Source: Candidatus Uhrbacteria bacterium (lineage in GTDB: Bacteria > Patescibacteriota > Patescibacteriia > UBA9934 > GWF2-40-263). From it: a stretch of DNA of 54,939 nucleotides. Shown piece after piece: positions 44,321 to 50,955 of the stretch. Under the pieces are notes generated by a model. The model saw nothing but the letters and a program-made list of their open reading frames with translations, did not search any database and was not told the DNA's origin. Numbering within the stretch: the stretch's first letter is position 1; each line of letters begins with the position of its first letter. The stretch is from the NCBI GenBank assembly GCA_026395055.1, contig JAPLZK010000002.1, positions 1 to 54,939 of the forward strand. The letters run 5' to 3'. The position numbers were made by a program, and so were the translations under genes.

Positions 44321-45373
44321 TCAGTTTTGCACGCGCACCATCTGGCGGCGACGCACGGTGAGAAAACTCACGAGGCAAAGAGCGATGAGGCCCGTCGGAA
44401 CGGGATTGATCCCCGTAGGCGAAGCACTGCAACCTTTTTCCTTGCCTTGGTTCTGATCTGCAGGAGCTGCTTGATCCGTCGGAGCGTTTCCGTTCGGAGC
44501 GGCATTCTGTCCTGCGGGAGCATTCTTTTGCTCTGCAGCTTTCTTGGCGGCGTCGTATTCTTCTTTGGAAACGCCAATGGGCCAATAGCGCAGATCCATA
44601 TTGGTGACTTCCTTGAGCCAAGCATTTGCCACGTCGTCCGGCACTCCCTTCAGCAGATCGTAATCCACTTGGGCAGCGGCGGCATTGGTGGTTTCCACTT
44701 GGACGGCGGTCTTCAGGGCGCGGTCGAGCGCGATCGCATCATTCGCTTTCCAGTAACGGCGCGCGATGGTTGCGAGCGGATGCCTTTCCTCCATGCCGAC
44801 GCCGATGACATCGAGTTGAATGCCACTCGACATCACCTCGGGCGCGTACGCCTTCATCAGCTGATCTTCTTCTGCGGGCGTTGCAACACCGTCGGTCACG
44901 ACCAAGAGTTGGTACGTGCCACGATTGTGCTGTGCACTGCGAGCTTCGATCAATGCGTCCGCCGCTTTCTTGATGGAGGTTCCAAGAGGAGTTCCACCAC
45001 CGGGATTGATTTGATCGATCGCTGCCTTGATCTGATCTTTGTTCATGGGAGCGATCGGCGCGAGCCAATCGATCGTGATCTTGCGACCCCAGTCATCTCC
45101 AACGAACAGCAGAACGCCGACATGGGTGGTTTGTGGAATCTGATCGATCACGCTTTTCAGCGCGTTCTTTGCAACCGTGATTTTCCGATCATTGCTGCCA
45201 GGACTGATTGCATCCTTCATGGAACCGGAACCGTCAATCACGATCGCGATGCAATCGTGTGTGGCGGATTCAGCGGAGGTTGGAGGATTTCCTGCACCGT
45301 CGTACGGAAGCGCGAACGCATTCGTCGAGATGAACAGGGTCGTGAGAATCAGTGCGGTGTGAAGCGTCTTCAT
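44321..45373 (-). CDS. secreted von Willebrand factor type A (VWA) protein with C-terminal Cys + TM + RRR tail
   Basis: Signal peptide MKTLHTALILTTLFISTNAFA. MIDAS residues in IAIVIDGSGSM, GGGTPLGTS, LLVVTDG. C-terminus GCSASPTGINPVPTGLIALCLVSFLTVRRRQ. Confidence 0.85.
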   Translation of the reverse strand: MKTLHTALILTTLFISTNAFALPYDGAGNPPTSAESATHDCIAIVIDGSGSMKDAISPGSNDRKITVAKNALKSVIDQIPQTTHVGVLLFVGDDWGRKITIDWLAPIAPMNKDQIKAAIDQINPGGGTPLGTSIKKAADALIEARSAQHNRGTYQLLVVTDGVATPAEEDQLMKAYAPEVMSSGIQLDVIGVGMEERHPLATIARRYWKANDAIALDRALKTAVQVETTNAAAAQVDYDLLKGVPDDVANAWLKEVTNMDLRYWPIGVSKEEYDAAKKAAEQKNAPAGQNAAPNGNAPTDQAAPADQNQGKEKGCSASPTGINPVPTGLIALCLVSFLTVRRRQMVRVQN

Positions 45374-45387
45374 TTGTGCACCTCCTC

Positions 45388-47340
45388 TTACAGCTCGTAG
45401 TCGGAAGCGGTGGCAGCCTCGGCCGAAACTCGGACGATACTGAACTCCACACGACGATTCTTCGCAGCTTCTTCCGGAATCCGAGGCTTCACGATGAACG
45501 GGTCGCTCGCGCCAGCGCCGATCGGAGTGATCTGGCTCTCGTCGAGTTTCACACCCTTCTTTGCTGCATACGCAATGAGCGCACGGCTCACTTGCTTTGC
45601 ACGATCATACGAAAGTGCTGTCGCGGCTTCCGCAATGCGCGAGGGACTGTCCCCCTGCTTTGCGGCGTCCGTACTGTTGCGCGCTTCGTCGATGTTCGGA
45701 TTGGTCGCAAGAGCGAGGACTTGCTTCGCGTTCTTCAGGTCGAGCGGTTTCCCTTCGATCGAATAGGTGAAGTTGCCAGACGTTCCGGCTTGCTTCACGA
45801 GCCCTTTCTCCATGCCCTTCTTCAGGATCGTGGAGACAAGCAGCGTCGTGTCTGTGTGTCCGCGGATCACGATGGTCGCGCGGGAATACTTTGGTGCGAG
45901 CACCAGGACTTCGTCGAATTCCTTCTTGTAGTTGGTCTCGTCGAACTCGACCTGGTTCTCCGCAAAGTAGGCAACAAACGAGAGCATGGTGTTGCCACCG
46001 AGCGAGCCCGTTTGGTTCATCTGTTCCACTTCCGCTTGGGTTGCTTCTGTGTTGAAGTGCGCGGTGCGCTTCACGTTGCCCGAGAGCAGGTCCTTGAAGA
46101 TCGGATGTGTCCACTCGACGTTCGCACTTTGGATGTCGACACGCTTGGTGGCGTTGTCGAGTTCTGCTGCGAGATCGTTCGAGAGGTTGGAGAAGGACTT
46201 GTGACCGATGACAGACGTCGGATTGAAGAACTCCACGTTGCCGGCAAGGCCGACAAATGCTGCGTCCGACCAGAGGCCGTACGTTGCGGCTTCATCCGGA
46301 CACGTGTCCTTCCACGTCTGCATGGTGAATGCGAGCAGGCCACGGAACTCTTCCGAACCTTTCGCCTTGTTGTCGTAGTCGTGCTGGAGAGCCTTCACGG
46401 CTTCCACTGACTTCAGGAACGCCGCAGCGAACTTCACGACCGTATCATGATGCTCCACGTTGAACTTGTGGCTCACAAAGTACATGTCGGGAATGGACGT
46501 GCGCCGATCGATGGTGGAGACGAGCACGTGCGCGCCCTTCACCGTTCCTTCTGCGCCTGTGCCAACATGCGCCGCATCCGCGCCTGTGAGCGCGTCGCGG
46601 TCCGGACTGATCACGAATGCGCAATCAACTTCCGGATGCGCTTTGAAATATTCCGCGGGGCCGTCTTTTGCCGTCACGTCCTTCGTGAATTTGATCTTCA
46701 CGTTCTTCGAGGTCCGCTTGACGTCCTTCAGGATATCGATGAGGAAGCTCTCGTGCGGGCCGTCCTTCTGGAGAGCGACGGTCGCTGTGTCGAGGTCGCT
46801 GATGCTCTTGATTTTCTCGCGGCAGACCACGTGGTCGCCCATGGAGTACGTCAATTGCACAGCAGGTTCCGCACACAGATCCGCGTCCGGCGTCGGACAC
46901 AGTTCGCCGTCGAACTTGCCGATCATCGGATACGTGCCGCGCAGGAACGTGACCTTGCCCGCCTTGTAGTCGTCGATTTGTGCGCGAACGTTGTCGTTCG
47001 GGCTTTCGACGAATTCAATGCAGAGGCCGTACTGGTCGTAGATGCTACCAATACGTGTCTTCAGACCGCCGTTGCCATAGAAGGCAGCCATTTCGGCGCC
47101 CCAGATGATCATGCCAGCCTTCAGACATTCGCCTTTCTTTTCTTCACCACCCGGCAACTTTGCCTGGATGCCTGGGGCTGCGGGCGCCGCTTGCGCGGGA
47201 GCCTGTGCCTGAGGAGTGGCTTGTGCCGGCGCGCTTTGCGTCGTCGTGTTGCCGTTTTGATTCGGGACCTTCTTGCAGCCGCCGATGACACTCGCGAGCG
47301 CGAGCATCACAGCAAACAGAATCATGCGAGCGTTTCGCAT
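45388..47340 (-). CDS. lipoprotein with solute-binding-like domain fused to an OmpA_C-like domain
   Basis: Lipobox LASVIGGC, Ala/Pro/Gln linker, PBP-like region. C-terminal OmpA-like ATIVIRGHTDTT...LSYDRAKQVSRALIAY...NRRVEFSIVRV. Confidence 0.8.
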   Translation of the reverse strand: MRNARMILFAVMLALASVIGGCKKVPNQNGNTTTQSAPAQATPQAQAPAQAAPAAPGIQAKLPGGEEKKGECLKAGMIIWGAEMAAFYGNGGLKTRIGSIYDQYGLCIEFVESPNDNVRAQIDDYKAGKVTFLRGTYPMIGKFDGELCPTPDADLCAEPAVQLTYSMGDHVVCREKIKSISDLDTATVALQKDGPHESFLIDILKDVKRTSKNVKIKFTKDVTAKDGPAEYFKAHPEVDCAFVISPDRDALTGADAAHVGTGAEGTVKGAHVLVSTIDRRTSIPDMYFVSHKFNVEHHDTVVKFAAAFLKSVEAVKALQHDYDNKAKGSEEFRGLLAFTMQTWKDTCPDEAATYGLWSDAAFVGLAGNVEFFNPTSVIGHKSFSNLSNDLAAELDNATKRVDIQSANVEWTHPIFKDLLSGNVKRTAHFNTEATQAEVEQMNQTGSLGGNTMLSFVAYFAENQVEFDETNYKKEFDEVLVLAPKYSRATIVIRGHTDTTLLVSTILKKGMEKGLVKQAGTSGNFTYSIEGKPLDLKNAKQVLALATNPNIDEARNSTDAAKQGDSPSRIAEAATALSYDRAKQVSRALIAYAAKKGVKLDESQITPIGAGASDPFIVKPRIPEEAAKNRRVEFSIVRVSAEAATASDYEL

Positions 47341-47439
47341 TGGGACTCCTTCTCCTGTCGTTAATTGGAGAATACATCGTGACAGGCCGATGCACTCTTG
47401 TCCTCTAAAAGGAACGTTCGGAAAAATTCCGAAGTCAAG

Positions 47440-47468
47440 AACTTACCTCAAAATTCAATTTTTGTCAA
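47440..47468 (-). promoter_or_regulatory. sigma70-type promoter of the envelope cluster
   Basis: Minus strand: TTGACA (47468-47463), 17 nt, TAAGTT (47445-47440), about 100 nt upstream of ATG 47340. Confidence 0.55.
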
Positions 47469-47582
47469 GGATAATTCGCAGAATTCTGAATGAAACTTTT
47501 CTCAATCAAAAAAAGGGTGAAAAAGGGTTTTTGCTATGAGAAATAAAATGGTTTGTTATAACTAACTGACAAAAAAAGAAGC

Positions 47583-47684
47583 CTAGGATGGCTTCGAGGT
47601 TTTTGAGGGGGGAAGTGCACGAGCGCAAGCGATCGCAACAACCAAGATGATGATGAAAAAGTCACCGAGAAGTTCGTAGAGCAA
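47583..47684 (-). CDS. possible 33-aa hydrophobic peptide
   Basis: TTG 47684 preceded by AGGAGA + 4 nt. Peptide LLYELLGDFFIIILVVAIACARALPPSKTSKPS. The stop lies in the hairpin GAAGCC atccta GGCTTC + T7 (47571-47595). Below the ORF-track size cut-off. Confidence 0.25.
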   Translation of the reverse strand: MLYELLGDFFIIILVVAIACARALPPSKTSKPS

Positions 47685-47737
47685 GGTGTCTCCTGTTTGT
47701 TTGTCGGCGAAACTTAGCGTATGTCTGTAGATTTGGC

Positions 47738-47763
47738 AAACAAAAAACTCGCCCAAAGGCGAG
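47738..47763 (-). terminator. intrinsic terminator after rpsP
   Basis: Minus strand: CTCGCC tttg GGCGAG TTTTTTGTTT. Confidence 0.65.
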
Positions 47764-47768
47764 TATTT

Positions 47769-47806
47769 CCCCCCCCCTCCTTCACAAGGAGGGGGTTGGG
47801 GGGTGG
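47769..47806 (-). repeat. C-tract + GC hairpin 3'-UTR element, copy 2
   Basis: Plus strand CCCCCCCCCTCCTTCACAAGGAGGGGGTTGGGGGGTGG, 5 nt from the rpsP stop. Confidence 0.8.
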
Positions 47807-47811
47807 TCTTA

Positions 47812-48348
47812 TTACTCTGCTGCAGGTGCTTCTGGAGCTGGTTCTTCTGCAACAGGTGCAGCTTCTTCCGTAACGGGAGCTGGAGTTTCTGCTGCAGCTT
47901 TTGCTGTTGCTTTCTCAGCTTCTGCGGCTTCTTTTGCAGCGGCTGCTTCTGCCTTTGCGGCTTCTGCGGCTGCAGCTTTTGCTTCTTCTTCAGCTAATTT
48001 AGCTGCTTCTGCCTTCTTTTGTGCAGCTTCGTCTTTTGCTTTTTTGTCTGCGAGGTCTTTTTCCATGGTCGCTTTCTTGCGATCACTGATGTGAGACTTT
48101 GCAATTTTCTTTCCTTCTACGAATTTGTGGTCAAGGAAGATGTTCCAAACGGTTGGGGAACATTGTGCTCCTTTTTCAAGCCAATGCTTTACTTCTTCTG
48201 CGACGACAACCAATTCTTTTGAACGTGGGTTGTAGTGGCCAAGAATAGCTGTGGATTTTGCCCATGGATCACGTGTTTTTGGTTGAACAATAACGCGGTA
48301 AATTGGAGCTTTTTTCTTTCCAACGCGGGAAAGGCGAATGGTCAACAT
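47812..48348 (-). CDS. rpsP: 30S ribosomal protein S16 with ~90-aa Ala/Glu/Lys-rich C-terminal extension
   Basis: MLTIRLSRVGKKKAPIYRVIVQPKTRDPW..., then a low-complexity AEAAKLAEEEAKAAAAEAAK tail. Confidence 0.92.
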   Translation of the reverse strand: MLTIRLSRVGKKKAPIYRVIVQPKTRDPWAKSTAILGHYNPRSKELVVVAEEVKHWLEKGAQCSPTVWNIFLDHKFVEGKKIAKSHISDRKKATMEKDLADKKAKDEAAQKKAEAAKLAEEEAKAAAAEAAKAEAAAAKEAAEAEKATAKAAAETPAPVTEEAAPVAEEPAPEAPAAE

Positions 48349-48485
48349 AGGATATTTGAGTTCGAAGGTTAAAGTTGGTCAAAGAGAATGGGTAGATATT
48401 CCATCTCTGTGAGGTCTTAAGTCATTGTGAGAGCGATGACGATTCGTGAAGAGTAATAAATTTGGGCAGATTCGTCAATAGACGA

Positions 48486-48514
48486 TTGACGGGCGGCTTT
48501 TAAGTTGGTAGGCT
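48486..48514 (+). promoter_or_regulatory. possible promoter of 48554-48937
   Basis: TTGACG (48486-48491), 17 nt, TAGGCT (48509-48514). Confidence 0.4.
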
Positions 48515-48553
48515 CATTTCTCGATTTTCCTTCGAGAATGTGGAGGTAGATAG

Positions 48554-48937
48554 ATGTTGTCTTTGTTCTTTCTCTTTTTTTCCGTCGTTTTGACATGGGT
48601 TACCAAAGAAGGCTTCCGAATCTGGTGGATGTGTCTGTTTGTCGCACTTGCTGTGCATGAATGTGATACACATCCAGATCCCTTGATCAGTACTGCGGAA
48701 GATGGTCGGTCGGCCTATGTGAAAGGGTTCGAGATCTGCCAAAAAGCGGATTTTCCGGACGTAATCGTTCTGAAACACTACTTTCCGAAAGATGGACACA
48801 TCGATTTCATGTATTATTGTGTAGATTCACAAGGGGGATTGCACATTTCTCCGGACGCTGTGTCAAAGCCGGTCAGTTCGACGCAAAATGTGACCCAAAC
48901 CCCGCTTCCGCCGGCTTCAACCCCTGTTTCTCCGTAA
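48554..48937 (+). CDS. hypothetical membrane/exported protein (127 aa)
   Basis: ORF track. GGAGG 7 nt upstream. N-terminal hydrophobic segments. Terminator follows. Confidence 0.6.
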   Translation: MLSLFFLFFSVVLTWVTKEGFRIWWMCLFVALAVHECDTHPDPLISTAEDGRSAYVKGFEICQKADFPDVIVLKHYFPKDGHIDFMYYCVDSQGGLHISPDAVSKPVSSTQNVTQTPLPPASTPVSP

Positions 48938-48945
48938 TCGACTCA

Positions 48946-48975
48946 AAGACACCCCTGGTGTCTTTTTTCTTTTTC
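48946..48975 (+). terminator. intrinsic terminator
   Basis: AGACACC cct GGTGTCT TTTTTCTTTTT. Confidence 0.65.
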
Positions 48976-49007
48976 GCTTATTTTAGCCAATTTAGTTCGC
49001 TTAGGGC

Positions 49008-49036
49008 TTGACAAAAAGGCCAAAAAGTGGTATATT
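49008..49036 (+). promoter_or_regulatory. near-consensus sigma70 promoter heading the small-gene array
   Basis: TTGACA (49008-49013), 17 nt, TATATT (49031-49036). Confidence 0.6.
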
Positions 49037-49141
49037 GTGGAGGTTAAGATCATTAAAACTTTGGGGAGAGAGCTGTGCTATCCAGTCCCAGGATCCGATA
49101 GCAAATTCAAGGTATTGCCCATTTTTGGCGCAATACTCTTT

Positions 49142-49201
49142 GAGAACCAATGTTTGAGTATTTCTCTCGTTTGAAATAAGCAATCATTGGTTCTTTTTGT
49201 T
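49142..49201 (+). terminator. large-loop terminator-like hairpin in the array leader
   Basis: GAGAACCAATG (32-nt loop containing TTCTCTC) CATTGGTTC TTTTTGTT. The loop is complementary to GGAGAGAG at 49065-49072. Confidence 0.45.
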
Positions 49202-49259
49202 AGATGGTTAGAAAACACGTGCGCTCGGCGTATGACGCGGAGCAACAAGGTAAAAGACA

Positions 49260-49583
49260 ATGTCGAACAAAAACCTGGTTCCTGTGTGGTATGTGGAATA
49301 CACCATGCAAATGGTGCGGCACTTCTGCAAGAAGTACGAATGTCCGGAGCGGGATCTCCAGTCGTGCACAACGGCGATTACGATCGCCTTGCGGGAACAA
49401 GACGACTTTGAATGGACGCCGTGTGTCAAAGGGTTCCGGCGGATCCTGTTCATCAAGCCCCAGATCCGCGAGGAGAAACGCGTGGTCGCCCTGGTCTTCG
49501 GCTACGACAATTTGGATCAGACGCTCACGAACGAGCTGAACGAATCCATTCGTCGTGCCTGCGACAACAAGTGGGCTGACTAA
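49260..49583 (+). CDS. hypothetical protein (107 aa)
   Basis: ORF track. Weak AAGG upstream. GC-rich. Confidence 0.6.
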   Translation: MSNKNLVPVWYVEYTMQMVRHFCKKYECPERDLQSCTTAITIALREQDDFEWTPCVKGFRRILFIKPQIREEKRVVALVFGYDNLDQTLTNELNESIRRACDNKWAD

Positions 49584-49600
49584 ACATCTTCATATCTCTA

Positions 49601-49687
49601 TTAGCTTCGCGCGAATGAGAGTTTGCTCTTTGAAAACCGTCTTGCCCTGTTTGCTTCACAAACAGGGACTCGACTTCGAACATCACT
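49601..49687 (+). repeat. intergenic module family 1, copy 1
   Basis: TTAGCTTCGCGCGAATGAGAGTTTGCTCTTTGAAAAC ... CCCTGTTTG cttca CAAACAGGG ACTCGACTTCGAACATCACT. Confidence 0.8.
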
Positions 49688-49763
49688 CTGCGGCAGTCAA
49701 AGAGTGGTGCGCGATGAGAGCAAAAATCGCTCGGCGTTTACGCGGAGCATCTGGAGACTGTTC

Positions 49764-50078
49764 ATGTCCAAGTCGCAAATCCTCGGTTTCATCGGTTCCT
49801 GTCTCCTCATCATCGCGGCCTACGTGGTGAGCGGGTTGTTCTACACGAAGACGGACTCCTGGTTCGTCCACGACTACGTCGTCCTCTACGTCGGCGCGGC
49901 AACGCTGCTTGCCATGTGGAGCCTGCGCAACGTGAACACCACGTGGCAGTTCGGCCGCTTCAACGTGAGCAGCTTCGCCACGTGTCACGTGTTCCTGTGG
50001 TCGATGCACGCGGTCGTGTTCGTCACGTACCTCAAGCTCGTGATCTCCCCGAACAACCCCATTTACACCGGCTGCTAA
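49764..50078 (+). CDS. hypothetical multi-TM membrane protein (104 aa)
   Basis: ATG 49764 after GGAG, within ORF 49623-50078. The ORF-track start lies inside the intergenic module. Confidence 0.6.
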   Translation: MSKSQILGFIGSCLLIIAAYVVSGLFYTKTDSWFVHDYVVLYVGAATLLAMWSLRNVNTTWQFGRFNVSSFATCHVFLWSMHAVVFVTYLKLVISPNNPIYTGC

Positions 50079-50099
50079 CAGCCTGGAGGACACATCATA

Positions 50100-50210
50100 A
50101 TGCGTAATCTGTTTCGCGGTTTGATCGGACTTGCACTCGTTGTCGGCTTCTTGCATTACCTGCACGTTGCCTACGGCGTGAGCTATACGCCGATCCCGTT
50201 TCTGCCTTAG
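50100..50210 (+). CDS. possible 36-aa membrane peptide
   Basis: GGAGG 9 nt upstream. MRNLFRGLIGLALVVGFLHYLHVAYGVSYTPIPFLP. Below the ORF-track cut-off. Confidence 0.4.
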   Translation: MRNLFRGLIGLALVVGFLHYLHVAYGVSYTPIPFLP

Positions 50211-50302
50211 AGCTTCGCGCTCAACGGTTCGCTCTTTCTCATCTGCTCGACGGGTCCGGAATGTATTCCCGACCCGTCGAGTGCCTGACTTCGAACATCA
50301 CT
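50207..50302 (+). repeat. intergenic module family 1, copy 2 (diverged)
   Basis: TTAGAGCTTCGCGC...GCTCTTT... CTCGACGGGTC (loop) GACCCGTCGAG ...GACTTCGAACATCACT. Confidence 0.65.
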
Positions 50303-50389
50303 TGCAAGGTTGCAGTGTGGTGAACGATGAGGGTGATATGAGTTCCTAACAAAAAATGCCCGCGCAATGCGTCGGCTGCAGGAGTTCCT

Positions 50390-50755
50390 TTGAAGATCAA
50401 TTACGCTCTGGTGCAGGTTCGTAGCTTCATCTTGTTGGCTCTGGTTTGCATCGTCACGATGTGTACCGTGTTCATGGTCAACATTGTGGGGCAGCGCGAG
50501 CTTCGTGAACAGACCATGTTTGCCAGTGTGGAATCGCCGGCCACGTGTCCGATGGATCGCTTTCCGCAGACGTCGGCCGAACGCGTTGCGTGCCTTGAGA
50601 AGAATATGACCGCGCTCTACCTGCAAAGCATCCGCCAGGAAAGGGACATCTACACGCTTGCCAAAGACATGCTCAATCGTGCAGACGATGATTCCGAAGC
50701 GGATGTTCCGAATGAGGAACAGAGCATCGACGAGAAGAATGTCTGCGAGCAGTAG
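50390..50755 (+). CDS. hypothetical signal-anchor protein (121 aa), TTG start
   Basis: ORF track. AGGAG 6 nt upstream. N-terminal TM FILLALVCIVTMCTVFMV. Confidence 0.6.
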   Translation: MKINYALVQVRSFILLALVCIVTMCTVFMVNIVGQRELREQTMFASVESPATCPMDRFPQTSAERVACLEKNMTALYLQSIRQERDIYTLAKDMLNRADDDSEADVPNEEQSIDEKNVCEQ

Positions 50756-50765
50756 TCTTTCTCAC

Positions 50766-50856
50766 TTAGCCTCGCGCGAATGAGAGAATCGCTCTTTGAA
50801 AACAAAGGTCTACCCGCAACTGCTTCACAGCTGCGGGACTCGACTCTGATGATTAC
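50766..50856 (+). repeat. intergenic module family 1, copy 3
   Basis: TTAGCCTCGCGCGAATGAGAGAATCGCTCTTTGAAAAC ... CCCGCAACTG cttca CAGCTGCGGG ACTCGACTCTGATGATTAC. Confidence 0.8.
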
Positions 50857-50955
50857 GTCACGTCTCTCGTGAACGTCGTCGTTAGACTGAGTCTGGTTTC
50901 TCTGGAGTTTCTACACAACAAGATCGGCACGTTCCGATCGGAGGTTTATTCCATC

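Noticed and set aside
39485-47364. Series of long plus-strand ORFs (39485-40798, 41011-42030, 42808-43611, 44327-45400, 45352-46410, 46447-47364) opposite the envelope cluster
   Set aside because: All are antisense to genes with clear domain motifs, SD sites and signal peptides or lipoboxes. Their Arg-rich low-complexity translations are an artefact of stop-codon depletion in GC-rich DNA.
47830-48010. GCT/GCA/TTC-rich quasi-tandem repeat as a non-coding satellite
   Set aside because: It is the in-frame Ala/Glu/Lys-rich C-terminal tail of rpsP.
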